From Eledone cirrhosa (taxonomy: Eukaryota): a stretch of DNA of 64,000 nucleotides. Position 1 is the first letter of the stretch. Every line of letters begins with the position of its first letter. Positions 13,976 to 28,029 of the stretch are shown piece by piece. Where the stretch lies: contig OZ024745.1 in assembly GCA_964016885.1 (NCBI GenBank), forward strand, positions 123,070,001-123,134,000, read 5' to 3'. The notes under the pieces were generated by a model, which ran no database searches, was not told where the DNA came from, and was given only the letters and a program-made list of their open reading frames with translations. The position numbers were made by a program, and so were the translations under genes.

Positions 13976-14006
<31 letters not shown>

Positions 14007-14062
14007 CCATACTCACAAATAAACACACATGCGCATACTCTTTGAAAATGTCTGTCTTTTAA

Positions 14063-14520
14063 CTCTTTAGCATTTAAACCAGTTGTATACGGACAGAATT
14101 CTTTCTCATTTTTTAAACTGGTCATAACCAGCGGGTCACACTGACATTAAGATATTGTTCTTAAAATAAACAATAACATCATCAAAATCTCGTAGATTCG
14201 ATATTATATGCGATAAATATGTGAGATAAAGCCTTTACTATACAATAGGAAATATAGTAATGTAAATGCTAAATATTTAACCCTTTAGCATTTAAACCAG
14301 CCATATCAGCCAGAATTTTCTCACCTCTTTCTGTTCAAACTGGCTGTAACTGGCCACTCATACTGATGTTAAGGTATTGTTCTCAAAATAAATAATATCA
14401 AAACTTCATATATTCAACATTATGTGAAATAATTATGTGAGATAAAGCCTTTAATATAATAGTAAAGATATAGTAAATGAAAATATAATAGTAAATGTAT
14501 TAATTGTAAATGCTAAAGGG
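14063..14520. mobile_element. Two tandem family-M TTAA MITEs sharing a central TTAA (14277-14280)
   Basis: TIR CCCTTTAGCATTTA...TAAATGCTAAAGGG flanked by TTAA. Confidence 0.85.
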
Positions 14521-14584
14521 TTAAATGAGAGCCAGTCATTTTCCATGTCTTAAGCTTATGGTTAGTCTGATATGGAGTTCTAAA

Positions 14585-15299
14585 TAACCAGCTGTGAAAA
14601 GGAAACAATAATAATTTGAACTCAGAACGTAAAGGGCCATAACTCTATGCTGAAAAGCATGGGTCTGATGCTCTAATGATAATGCCAATCCACCGAAATA
14701 ATAATAATTGTTTCTACTTTTGGCACAAGGCCAGCAATTATCCCAGTGCATTACTGGTGCTTTATTTATCAACCCCGTAAGGATGAAAGGCAAAGTTAAC
14801 CACCGCGGGATTTGAACTTAGACCGTAAAGGGACGTAACTCTATGCTTCCAAGCATGGCGTCAGACACTCTACCGATACTGCCAATCCACCTAAATACAT
14901 CATCATCATCTCTGGGTGAATGGATTTATAGTTGAGCATTTTTTTCAGTCGAATATTCTAAGGTCCAATCAGAACATTATATAATTCTTTCTACTTTTGG
15001 CACAAGGCCAGTAATTACTCAGTGTATTACTGGTACTTTATTTTATCAACCGCCGTAAGGATGAAAGGCAAAGTTAACCTTGGCACGATTTGAACTCAGA
15101 ATGGAACATTATATAATTGTTTCTACTTTAGGCACAAGGCCAGCAATTACCCAGTGCATTACTGGTAATTTATTTTATCGACCCCGTAAGGATGAAAGGC
15201 AAAGTCAACCTCGGCGGGATTTGAACTCAGATTGTAAAGAGATGTAACTATGCTGGAAAGCATGGCGTCCGACCCTCTACCGATACTGCCAATCCACCG
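14585..15299 (-). mobile_element. Cluster of family-B SINEs (about 4 full or partial copies)
   Basis: Repeated TTTCTACTTTTGGCACAAGGCCAG...ACCCCGTAAGGATGAAAGGCAAAG...GATTTGAACTC. Confidence 0.85.
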
Positions 15300-15593
15300 A
15301 AGACTTCTTTAATCTTCCTCTCCCATATTAACAATATGCAGCAATTTTCTAAACATCTATTTGCTATATATATCTATGCCAGTATATTTGTAATGCTTAT
15401 AGAATCAGTTAACTTTAATCATTTACTTGCAAAGGTTTCATTGTAATTTAGCAAATATTGTCAGACTTGTTTAAAATGAAAACTACATATGATAAACTAT
15501 TAATGACACACCAGTGAGGAGAAGTTCTATGTGGTCACTTGATCTGACAAAGATATCAGCCAACTCTGCTAAGATCACACTCTACTCTCTTAA

Positions 15594-15814
15594 CCCTTTA
15601 GTATTTACATTACTCTATATTTACAATTATATTTTTATGGTAAAGGCTTTACCTCACATATTTATCTCACATAATATCGAATCTATGAAATTTTGGTATT
15701 ATTTATTTTAAGAACAATACCTTAACGTCAGTATGAGTGGCCAGTTACAGCGGATTTAAACAGAAAGAGGCGAGAGAACTCCGGCCGGATATGGCCAGTT
15801 TCAATGCTAAAGGG
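15594..15814. mobile_element. Family-M TTAA MITE
   Basis: TTAA-CCCTTTAG...CTAAAGGG-TTAA. Confidence 0.88.
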
Positions 15815-17548
15815 TTAAAACACTATGGATACATTAAACAATATAGTTCTTTTATACAAAAAGCAAAAAAAAGGATGGAATATGTTTTTATCTTATGTCT
15901 GCTCAATCAGAGTTGCTATATGTTCTAACCATGAAGCAACTTTACATACATGTTTAAATCTTAAATGTTCTAACCATGTTTACATAGATGTTTAAATCTT
16001 AAACAGGAGTTCAATTTCGCATAGTTACTTGTTTTTAGTTCATGTCTTCTATGGAAATATAACAACTTATTGATAGATATATAATAGAAATTTATTCCTC
16101 ATCTATATCTCATACATTTACTCCTAATGCCCATGAGCGACTTTTTCTACTTGAAATAGCAGCCAAATTTCCCTCAAACCATAGTTTATCATTTTATAAA
16201 AATATCAAAACATATTAAATAATATAGATCTGTAAAAGATTGGATGGTCAACACTAGACAATATCATTGAACCACAATTTGTTAGGTTTCTTTATTGAAC
16301 AACTGCCACTAACATGACTACACAGATGCTCTTCTGAAATCTTTCAAATACAACACCTTATCATATGGAAAATCAAAGGTTAATGTTTTTCAAATTTGGA
16401 TGTTGTGGATGATTCCACTACTCGCAGTTCTATTTGATCTACAATTTTCTACAGATTCCAATTACGGGAATTTTAAACAAGAATCTGCCATGCTTATTAT
16501 TGATGCAAGATTTGAGATAAGAAACTGCAAAAACCCACTTCTTGTTATAGATTTGAGGATTAGATAACCAAATAACATTTTCTAACAACAAAATTAACGA
16601 ATCAATTATCTCCACAAATAATTGGAAGCTTCTCAAACAGATGTTAGGTGTGTAGATATCTTTTGAACAAAAAGTAAACATATTTAATCCTTTCATTAGA
16701 AAGGTAGATGATAAGAAGGGCATCCAGCTGTAGAAAGCCTGCCAAACAAAAGTTTGGGAAGACCCTTCAGCTTTGTCAATGAATGACAACCTCCACCATG
16801 CACTTGATAGAATATATGACCATAAGTAAGTGAGATGTAGACCTTGTCTCGCCTGTCAGGGAAGTCAGTAGCCCCACTTCAGACCTGTCCAGACCTGTCT
16901 AATCCCTGCTAGCAGAGAAAGTAGGCATTAAACGATGATGATGATGATTACCATATTTCTAATGAAGGATACTGACTATGATTTTCAATTAATTCTGAAA
17001 ATAATCACAAATTTGGAGGAATATGATAACTAATCTCCCCATTATTAAAATAGTATTTGGAGCATATATTAATAAAGTATGATGAAAGAATTTTAGATAA
17101 ATATAAACACTTTAAAACAAATAAGTTTGTATCATAGAAGCAAGGGGCAGTCACAGGTGGCTTGCTATCAAAGGGGTTAATCAGCATTTAGGTAATGCAC
17201 TCAGTATATTTCAATTAAGATCTTCATACCACATTCCTTAAAACATTCGATTTTACTTTCAAATCAACGCTATCTCGTATCAATGAATGACAAATTTTTT
17301 CATCCAATATTAAACTTCAAAATAAATTCAAATATATTGACATTTTTCTAAACCATTTCCAGACCATGACTTTCTTTATTCATTAAAAATCAAACTGGCT
17401 ATATAACCAGATTTCTTTTAATGAATAATTAAAAATAACACTCTCTGTTGCTGCCTGTTTCTTTCTCTTTCTCTTGGTTTCTTTCTTTCTTTTTCACTTA
17501 GAGCAAAAGACACAAATATATATACATGAATACATAAACACATATGCT

Positions 17549-17705
<157 letters not shown>

Positions 17706-17810
17706 CATACATATATATATACATACATATATATATACATATATATATATGTATATATACATATATGTCTATGCACACACACATACATATATATATATAT
17801 GCACACACAC

Positions 17811-17877
<67 letters not shown>

Positions 17878-18355
17878 TAGTTTATCCCCTTACTTAATTC
17901 AGTGCATTCAACCATAGAAGTGTGAAGTTTATAACTAGAGTAGATTTATCAATGGAGAAGATAATTTTGTTCAGTAGAATTCATGATTAAAATTTCATAC
18001 TTGAGGAAACATAATTAAAATCTGCAAGAGAAGAAGAGTATTGGAATCTGGAAAAGTTGAATAAATTTAAATCCTGCAGTAAATAAATTTACTGCTGAGA
18101 TTTTGATAAGACGTATCTTTACATTCATGTATTTGTGCACATATGTGTTTGAAGATGGTTTGTTATAGATGAGTTAATGTGTAGTATATAAAGCAAATTT
18201 CTTTAGATTTTAATGCTTATCAGAAATATGAATCATAATATGGATAGAAAGCACAAATATTGTGCATGTGGCTTGGCTATTCCAACCCCTTCTTTCTATC
18301 ATTCCATGAGCAACAGATATCTGTGTCTCTCTCTCTCTCTTTTACTCTCTTATAG

Positions 18356-18570
18356 AAGTGCCAAGAAATGCAAGTTGAAGGAAGACGTAGTAGAGGAAGA
18401 CCACGAAAAATATGGTGGGAGGTGGTGAGAGCAGACCTCAGATCGCTGAAACTCATGGTGCAGATGACAAAGGACCGTGACAAGTGGAGAGATGCTGTGA
18501 TGAATAGGACCTGTCCCACCCTTGCAAGCAGGGAAAAGCGGACATAAAATGATGATGATGATGATGAGGA
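18356..18570 (+). mobile_element. RTE-clade LINE 3' end (C-terminus + (GAT)n tail)
   Basis: KCQEMQVEGRRSRGRPRKIWWEVVRADLRSLKL...DRDKWRDAV...* (18356-18547), a typical RTE C-terminus. Confidence 0.85.
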
Positions 18571-18611
18571 TGAATATATATATATGGATTATTGTATGTG
18601 TATATACATAT

Positions 18612-18790
18612 ATAATTGTTTCTACTTTTGGCACAAGGCCAGCAATTATCCCAGTATGTTACTGGTGCTTTATTTTATTGACCCCGTAAGGATGAAAGGC
18701 AAAGTTAACCTCAGCGGGATTTGAACTGAGAACATAAACGGCCGTAACTTTATGCTGCAAAGCATGGTGTCTAATGCTCTACCGATGCTA
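18612..18790 (-). mobile_element. SINE family B
   Basis: Matches other B copies. Confidence 0.85.
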
Positions 18791-19514
18791 AGAAAAAGAA
18801 AATGCAGACCTGCATAGACTATTCATGAAAAAAAAGACTGGATGGTCAAGGCTTGAACAACTTTGGTCATAGAAATTCTTGATCATGTTCAGCTTAGAGC
18901 TAAGGACAGCTATCATGAAAACTTACAGGCATAGTACTTTTGTAAGATGAATGATTATGCAACAGAAATGATATGTTTAAATGCAGATAACTAAATTTCA
19001 GATAGAATTAACCTATTTAAATGCATAAACACACATTTAGAAAATTCCTGAATAATCTGATAACCAATAAAATATTAATTTATATTATAATCAGCTGAAT
19101 TAAACTGAGTTCAACAGTTCCTGTTTCCCAATTTGTAATCATACCAACAATTCATTGAGTAATTCATTCTAAAGAATTTCACCAGAGTTGAAAAAGGGAG
19201 TAGCAACATGTGTATTTTACCAAAACATATAAAGGGAGGTGAAATAGCTAGAAATTGGAATTCAGCTTACCAGAATCTTATACTACTTTTTACCATCTTC
19301 ATCATCGTTACATCATTGTTTTACAGCCACTTTTCCATGCTGTCATATATGGGATGGGATACAATGGGGTACAGATGGATGCCCTTCCTGACTCCAAGAC
19401 TTAGTTGCCTCTTACAACACACAAGAATACAGTTTACCTATTCTATTATTCAGAAGAAAATGTCTACAATATATATTATACTAACAATTTTCAAACTTTT
19501 TTGATCCATGACAT

Positions 19515-19890
19515 CTATATATAAATTTGTGATTCTATCATAACACGTAAAGAGAGGAGTAGTTTGACTACCTCATACTACTCCTCTCTCTTTACATCTG
19601 CTGCCTGTGTGAATGTATGTGTGTGTAAAAGGAAGGAAGGGGATGGTGAAAAACTACGCTGTGTGTGAGTGTATGTCCATGTATGTGTTTGTGTAAATGT
19701 ATATGTGTGTGTTTGTATGAATGTATGTGTGAGTTTGTGTGAATATATATCTGTGAGTGTGTATTTTTGTAAGTGCGTCTGTGTTTGCGCATTTATATTT
19801 ATATAAATTTATGCATATGCACATACACACATGCACACACATATACACATATACATGCATCAGCATATGGAAAAACAATTCTAGTACAGA
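19515..19890 (-). mobile_element. Unclassified repeat with hairpin, homologous to 43300-43560 (probable hAT-type non-autonomous element)
   Basis: Shared GTAAAGAGAG(A)GGAGTAG...CTACTCCTCTCTCTTTAC hairpin and flanking text; a CAGTGACATAGCTAG end lies at 43195. Confidence 0.55.
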
Positions 19891-19959
19891 TTAAAGCACT
19901 GCAAGAGTTATGTCACATCAACTTTCTTTAAGTTTTGTTTTATGTAAAAAAAAAAAATG

Positions 19960-20138
19960 AACCTGGCTGATTATGCTTGGGATTCAGCCAGATCAGTTGG
20001 AGAGAGTTGTCTCTGACAGGGCCTGCTGGAGGGAGTGTTTGAGAACCCTGCCCCACGACCTTCTCAGGAATAAGTGGGTGAAGACGAAGAAGAAGAAGAA
20101 GAAGAAGAAGAAGAAGAAGAAGAAGAAGAAGAAGAAGA
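19960..20138 (+). mobile_element. RTE (Expander/Rex3-like) 3' end with (GAA)n tail
   Basis: LGIQPDQLERVVSDRACWRECLRTLP followed by the tail. Confidence 0.65.
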
Positions 20139-20674
20139 GTATTAGAAATGTCTAACAACAGAGATGTGTACATGAATTGCAGTTTACAACAAAAGAATAA
20201 ACATTCACCCAAGGCTAGTTACAGGGTATTCAGCATTCTAGGCCAGCCATACAATCTGTGTCCTTCCTCTATTCCTCTAGACCTATAAGCTACACTCTCT
20301 TCCCTTGAACTTGCAAAGTGTATTCACCCATCAATGTCTTTCTACTAATTCTTGTTCTAACATTTCCTCCAGCTGTCATCATTTTCACATCCGCTGAAAA
20401 ATTCAGTCGAAAAATTATAATTAACTTTGAAAGAAGAAATCTATAATTTTATGATCATACATATCAATGGGTAAATTTATTATCTGGTAAAATTTGAAAT
20501 AGTTCTCTGACACAAAACTTGAAGATGAATCAGTTGCTGGTTGTCTCAACCTATGTTGGCCCATTGGCTTTTCCAGCTGGTTTTGTCTGAGAAGTGGGCA
20601 TGGTTCTGTCCACAATAAGCAAATACATGCACAGAGACTTCTTAGACTCTTGAACATACATACATGGATAGATA

Positions 20675-21159
20675 TGTACAGCCACCAGAAATAACATCTG
20701 TGAAATAAACAACTCTATCTGCTTAGCTAGCTACCTCACTGTGAAACAAACAACCCTTAAGCCACCAAAATAAAATGCCTACACAGCGGCTAAACATCAA
20801 ACGATTATTTTTGTATAAATAGAGTGGTTCCAAATTCTTTCGCCAGTCGCCCTTTGGCAGAGTCAGCTCGTGTATCGTTGTTCCTTTCCTCTGCCACACT
20901 TGTCACTCACACACGCCTTGTACCTCTGTATTGTCGCTTCATGCATGAAAATAAATAGCTGACCGAAACTAATCTCTTGCCTTGCTCATCCTTTCAACTT
21001 GTTCTTTCGTCTGTTCATCCTTACCATATGTGACAACAGTCCTTTTAAGGGTTATCCTCAGATCCAATCAGACCGTATATGTGATAACAGTCCTTTTAAG
21101 GGCTATTCTCGGATCCAATCGTAAGTACTGACCAGACCGACTAACCACGTCGCTAAACA
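20675..21159 (+). mobile_element. Candidate solo LTR
   Basis: TGTACAGC...GCTAAACA ends, TATAAATA (~20814), AATAAA (~20950), internal ~50-bp direct repeat. TSD ambiguous. Confidence 0.4.
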
Positions 21160-21799
21160 TACATAAATACATACATGGATGCATGCACACATGTACACAA
21201 ACATACACATCCATCCACCCATACACACACACACACTTGCATAAATACATACATTAGATTTTCAGGCAAAACTAAAACTGCAAATTTAGTCTGTAAATAA
21301 AAGAGTGATAATATGTGAGATTTTTCAAGAAATCAACATATGAGTTCTTTGATTCTTGTTATCATAATTCTAGCAATAAAGCTCCTCTTTTGTAAAACTT
21401 CAAAGAATGTAAAAAGGAATATACTATACATGCATAATTACATACACACACACACATATATATATATATGTACCAACATACATATACATATGCACATACA
21501 TGCTCACACACACACCACACAAACATTTATCTACTGATGGATTTTTTTTATCCTAAACTTTGAATACACACATACAAGTATATATATATATCAACTCAGT
21601 ATATATATATATGTGTGTGTATGTGTGTATGTGTGTGTATGTGTGTGTGTGTATGTATGAAATAATATATATATATATATATGTGTATATTAATATTACT
21701 ATCTTCTAGACTGAAATTATCAGAGTTTGGCTAAGAGAGAAGAATATCAGCACAAAAGAGAAAAAAATATAATTAGGTAGATGGATATATAGTAAAGTG

Positions 21800-22192
21800 T
21801 TGTGGTTGGGTGGTGGTTGGATGGGTGGATGGATGGTTGGTTGGGTGGTTGGTTGAATGGGTGGATGGTTGGTTGGATGGTTGGTTGGATGGCTGGTTGG
21901 ATGGTTGGATGGTTGGTTGGGTGGTTGGGTGGATGGGTGGATGGTTGGGTGGTTGGTTGGATGGGTGGATGGTTGGTTGGGTGGTTGGTTGGGTGGTTGG
22001 TTGGGTGGTTGGTTGGATGGGTGGATGGTTGGGTGGTTGGTTGGATGGGTGGATGGTTGGATTGTTGGTTGGGTGGTTGGTTGGATGGGTGGATGGTTGG
22101 GTGGTTGGTTGGATGGGTGAATGGTTGGGTGGTTGGTTGGGTGGTGGTTGGATGGGTGGGTGGTTGGTTGGATGGGTGGGTGGTTGGTTGGG
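21800..22192. repeat. (TGGN)n tetranucleotide array
   Basis: Direct reading. Confidence 0.95.
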
Positions 22193-22411
22193 GGTAAAAA
22201 AGCCTTATATATAGACACAAATAGATAGGTTAGCAGCAAGCAATTAGAAAGATAGATAAACAGGTAGATAGATAGATAGACAGATAGATAAATAGATAAA
22301 CTGATAGATTAATTAAATTGATTGATTGGTATATATATATATATATACATACACAGACATATATATGTATATATATATATACACATACACATACATATAT
22401 ATATATATATG

Positions 22412-22542
22412 TTTTAATATAGATGAGATTCTACAGTTCTAGTCCTGTAGAATCTCATCTATATTAAAAATGTTATACTCTGCTATGTATTGAGTACCTT
22501 ACTTACTGTGGTTACCTCCGATTCAACCCAGAATAACTTACC
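22412..22542 (+). mobile_element. Penelope-like terminal fragment (family P2) with 25-bp fold-back
   Basis: Perfect arms 22412-22436/22445-22469; homologous to 52280-52400. Confidence 0.6.
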
Positions 22543-22544
22543 TA

Positions 22545-22627
22545 TATATATATATATATAGATATAGATATATATATATATACAAACATATATATACACA
22601 TACAAACCTATATATACATACATACAT

Positions 22628-22658
<31 letters not shown>

Positions 22659-22715
22659 CATATATATATACAAACATATATATACACATGCAAACCTATG
22701 TATACATACATACAT

Positions 22716-22762
<47 letters not shown>

Positions 22763-22811
22763 TATATACAAACATATATATATACACATACAAACCTATA
22801 TATACATACAT

Positions 22812-22842
<31 letters not shown>

Positions 22843-23000
22843 CATATATATATACAAACATATATATATATACACATACAAACCTATATATACATACATA
22901 CATACACACACACATATATATATATATATACATATATATATACAAACATATATATATACACATACAAACCTATATATACATACATACATACACACACACA

Positions 23001-23032
<32 letters not shown>

Positions 23033-23075
23033 CAAACATATATATATACACATGCAAACCTATGTATACATACAT

Positions 23076-23130
<55 letters not shown>

Positions 23131-23183
23131 TATATACAAACATATATATATACACATGCAAACCTATATATACATACATACAT

Positions 23184-23232
<49 letters not shown>

Positions 23233-23238
23233 TATATA
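22545..23238. repeat. Compound minisatellite (~70-bp TA/CA-rich unit with ACAAAC anchors, about 9 units)
   Basis: Recurrent ACAAACATATAT...ACACAT(A/G)CAAACCTAT. Confidence 0.85.
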
Positions 23239-23522
23239 CAGTGGGAGATAGAATTAGGAAAAGTAGATGGCTGATAGCTGGATAGTCTAGTAGAATTATG
23301 TTAGGATGTTGTAAGAGGGTGAAGAAGAGACAAGAAGAGTGTATTGGCAGGTAGTATGATAGACAGGTAGAACTGATGAGAGGCGGGGTGTAGGGGGGGG
23401 GGGGAGGGGGATGGGGAGGATCTGTCATCAGGTAGACAGGAAAATAGAATCAATAAAACATGAGGCAATGTCTCAATAAATATTCAATAGTACACACATG
23501 CACACACACACATACATATATC

Positions 23523-23582
<60 letters not shown>

Positions 23583-23688
23583 TATATTTATATATGTATA
23601 TATATTTATATACATATATATATACACATATAGTTATATACAAATATATATATATATATATACATATATACATATATACACATATATT

Positions 23689-23770
<82 letters not shown>

Positions 23771-23834
23771 CACATATATTTATATACATATATATATATA
23801 TATATATACATATATACATATATACACATATATT

Positions 23835-23882
<48 letters not shown>

Positions 23883-23998
23883 TATATTTATATATGTATA
23901 TATATTTATATACACATATAGTTATATACATTTATATATATACTTATATACATATATATATATATATATTTATATACATATATATATTTATATACATA

Positions 23999-24033
<35 letters not shown>

Positions 24034-24049
24034 TTATATATATATATAC

Positions 24050-24081
<32 letters not shown>

Positions 24082-24140
24082 TCTTTATTTGGATTCTTTT
24101 TTTTCTTCCCCTTGCTGATAGAATTCAAAGAATAATAACA

Positions 24141-24173
<33 letters not shown>

Positions 24174-24829
24174 TGTTAGATTACGAAAGAATATCTTGTT
24201 TCTGTAGTAGTAAAAGAGAAAGAAAAGCAACAACGACAAAAAAACAAAAAACAAAAAAAAACGACAACGACAATAACAACAACAAATATGGGTTGATAGA
24301 TGAATAAATAAATAAATAGATAGATAGATGAATATAAAATAAATAAGAAATACTCTGAAAGAAGAGTAATAGATAAAGGAAAATAATGGAATAGAATTGC
24401 TAGTTATGAATATGTTTTTATTTTATTGCATTCATTTTATTTGTTTATTTTATTTTATATTCTTTTGCCTATATTTTATTTTATTTTATTACATTTATTT
24501 TATTTTATTTTTTTATTGCATTTTTTTATTTGTATATTTTATTTTATTTTATTTGTATATTTATATTTTATTTTACTTTATTTTTTGTATTTATTTTATC
24601 TGTATATTTATATTTTAATTTATTTTATTTTATGATTATTTGTTTTGCTTTAAATAAATTTTAGAATTCATATTTTTCTAGATAAACTGAAAAATGGGAT
24701 TTTGAATTCTTCTGAATATATGTATCTTTAAAGTATATTCCTAAGAAGTGTTCTAATTTTAGGAGTAAGGGAGTAAGAGGGGAGAACATAGGAAAAAAGA
24801 AGTTATATATTCATTAATAATCAATATTC

Positions 24830-25597
24830 ATTGAAATTCTTACTTCATCGCTTCGCCAAGGGGGATAGAAGAAACACAAAAATGGTATTTCCAGTTTTAA
24901 TAATTTTGTATTTTCCTTACAATATTCTTATCACTTCCTTCCACTCCCTCTCCTCTTCCTTTTCCTTTTTCCTCTTTTGCCTACCCCGAGGCAGCCCATC
25001 GGGCTATCTTTTGTAGCCTTAGTACCTCCACCCCAGTAAATAACAGCTGCTTTAGACTCTAGAGATTTGTTCATTACTTTTTACTATTTAATTTTATTAT
25101 TTTTACTTTTTTTATTTATTATCTTTAATCTCAATTTATTAACCTTTTAATTCTATTATGTCCCACTCTCAATTTCCTCGAGAATCCTTTTTCGCCTGCT
25201 TCCTAACTAGCCTAATTTCACACATACTCCTTAGAATTTGCTGTATAGAATTCACTTTCAAAGCTTGACCGGCTCCACCCACTCCCTCATTCTTCTACCA
25301 ACAAGTTCAGCCACCCCCACCTCCCACCCACTGCCATGATAGATTTAATTGTGTTTACAAGAAATTTTGACCAATCTTTTTGACAACCACAATCTTCCCA
25401 TATAAGGAATTACCTCTTGAAAAGTTCAGCTATTTATTTCCACGCTCAAAATTCTAATTTAGTCCAGAAATAGCTGTCGAAACGACCTGACTCTACCTTT
25501 GGAGTTAACCATTTTCCTATTACCCACTCTACTACCCTAAGTATTGAGTACTCTGGAGCATTATGGTCCACCTGGGTCCTTACCACACCTTCGTTAT
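24830..25597 (+). mobile_element. Longer Penelope-like 3' region (family P1)
   Basis: Pyrimidine-rich UTR, then GTCCAGAAATAGCTGTCGAAACG and the P1 terminus TTACCACACCTTCGTTA. Confidence 0.5.
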
Positions 25598-25683
25598 AAA
25601 TATACATATATATGTATATATATATATATAATTATATATGTATATGTATATATATGTACATGTATATATGTATATGTACATAT

Positions 25684-25737
<54 letters not shown>

Positions 25738-25919
25738 ATATATATATATATACATATATACATATATATATGTGTGTGTGTGTATACATTATATCTATAT
25801 CTATATATCTATATATACACACACACACACACATACACATATATATACACATATATATATACTGCATATTAAAAGATATATATATATAGAGAGAGAGAGA
25901 GAAAGAGAGAGGGAGATAG

Positions 25920-26255
25920 AGAGAAAGAGCCATATACCATTTCAGAAGCACAGTATTTTGTACATATAAAAAATACACAATATTCAGGAAAAACTACGTC
26001 CTTTAAGGTGGAAGTTCTTCTTTCCTGATGGTACCATTTCATAGTTTGTAAACCAAAATCGATAGTTGCTGATCGATTGCTTAGATCTATTTTTGTTACA
26101 GTTTACGAAGCATGAAATGGTACCATAAGGAAAGAAGAACTTTTCCAATTAAACCATGTATTTTTTCCTAAATATTATGTGTTATATATGTACATATATG
26201 TGTTATATATGTACAAAATACTATGTATTTCTCAAACGATATATGGCTCTTTCTA

Positions 26256-26258
<3 letters not shown>
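25920..26258. mobile_element. Fold-back element (~130-bp imperfect arms) containing hammerhead halves
   Basis: Arms ~25920-26053 / 26100-26258. GAAA-TGGTACCA-TA (+, 26114-26127) and GAAA-TGGTACCA-TC (-). Degenerate CTGATCGA at 26069. Confidence 0.6.
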
Positions 26259-26292
<34 letters not shown>

Positions 26293-26410
26293 CATTTGAT
26301 TTGAATTATTGATGATCTAGGCAAGTGTCCCTGGAATTTTTCTACTAAGAAACATAAGCATCATACATATTATACATGCTATGATACCTTAAATTAGTAT
26401 AAATATATAC

Positions 26411-26463
<53 letters not shown>

Positions 26464-26644
26464 TATATACACATATATATATGTGTGTGTGTGTGAATAT
26501 ATATGTACATATATATATATATATATATATGTACATATATATTCACACACACACACATATATATATGTGTGTGTGTGTGAATATATATGTACATATATAT
26601 ATATATATATATATATGTACATATATATTCACACACACACACAC

Positions 26645-26675
<31 letters not shown>

Positions 26676-27088
26676 TATATAATGAAAAATTAGAATCCAA
26701 ATGTCGATTCCAACCATTTCAGTTTGATTTCCAAAAGTATTTTCAAATGATACTCTTGAATATAATTCTGGAAATCAAGTGGAAATGGTTGGGCTCAACA
26801 TTGAGATACTACCTCAAAACTAAACCCATTCTACATCTCAGCATTCATTGAGTACTACTCTGATTTCTGGTCTTCCTGGCTCACTCCCCTCTACATATAT
26901 GTTATCATCATCATTACCATTATCATCGTCATCAATTTTGCGTAGATGTTTCCATGCTGGCATAGGTTGGACAGGATGTATGTGGGTAATGTTTTACAGC
27001 TAGTTCCCCTTTCATGATACTAACTTTTTACTCAATTCTTATGATGCAAGGATATGGTGTACCTAACACATAGCCCACAACTGGATAT

Positions 27089-27459
27089 GGTGGCACATGG
27101 CTTAGTGGTTAGAGCATTGGGCTTGCAATCGAAAGGTTGTGAGTTCAATTCTCGGACCGGGTGATGTGTTGTTTCCTTGAGCAAGACACTTTATTTCACA
27201 TTGCTCCAGTTTATTCAGCTGTAGAAATGAGATGATAGGGACTGGGGTCCCTATCATTCCACTGCAAAGTGGTCGTGGAGGTGCCACGGCAAAAAAGCAC
27301 CCAGCCCACACTGTAAAGTGGACGTGTAGGTGCCACGGAGAAAAAGTACCCAGCACTCACTGTAAATGAGGTTGGTGTTAGGAAGGGCATCCAGATGTAG
27401 AAATCAAGCCAGAATCAGTTGCCGTCCCACTCTTGCAAGCAGGGAAAAGTGGACGTAAA

Positions 27460-27489
<30 letters not shown>
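27089..27489 (+). mobile_element. Full-length SINE family A with internal duplication
   Basis: A/B boxes, CORE-like block, (GAT)n tail. Confidence 0.88.
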
Positions 27490-27491
<2 letters not shown>

Positions 27492-27499
27492 ATATATTT

Positions 27500-27548
<49 letters not shown>

Positions 27549-27839
27549 AATACACACACATATATATATATTAGTACTCATACATATGAGATGATAGTCG
27601 ATTGACTTTCGTCAAATCGGACCGAGGAAACAATGTTTCCGATGGTCTTTCCAATATCTAATACTATCTATCTGTCACAACTCCAGATAAAAGGAGCAAT
27701 GTGAAATAAAGTGTCTTGCTCAAGGACATAACGCATCGCCGGGTCCAAGAATCGAACTCACAACCTGACAATTGTGAATCCAATTCTCTAACCACGCGCC
27801 TTCTATGAGATATATATGTAATATACAAGAGAAAGCCCT

Positions 27840-28029
27840 AGTGAGTATATATCTGTGGAAGCAGGGCTGCCTCAGGATCACCTGGTGACAAACATTCCAA
27901 AAAGATCTGATAGCAGCCAACATCACTTGGCATGTACGTAATGAAGCCACTGCCCATTGTGACAGTTGGCAACTACTTACTGCTTGATATGACGAAAGGC
28001 ACGGAAGAATCTAAGACTAAGACTAAGAT
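27840..28029 (+). mobile_element. Degenerate RTE 3' end with (CTAAGA)n tail
   Basis: 'QGCLRITW*QTFQKDL..ANITW...DSWQLL...HGRI*' resembles the RTE GRP..TW...DL...W...DR..W consensus. Confidence 0.6.

Noticed and set aside
16439-16789. 116-aa ORF as a possible RasGRF exon
   Set aside because: No resemblance to PH/coiled-coil/IQ/DH sequence and overlaps SINE-derived text
23370-23432. CTGATGA boxes on both strands around a G-run
   Set aside because: No downstream stem II-GAAA-UH arrangement
27089-27160. tRNA gene
   Set aside because: A/B boxes continue into a multi-copy SINE body; no complete cloverleaf or terminator
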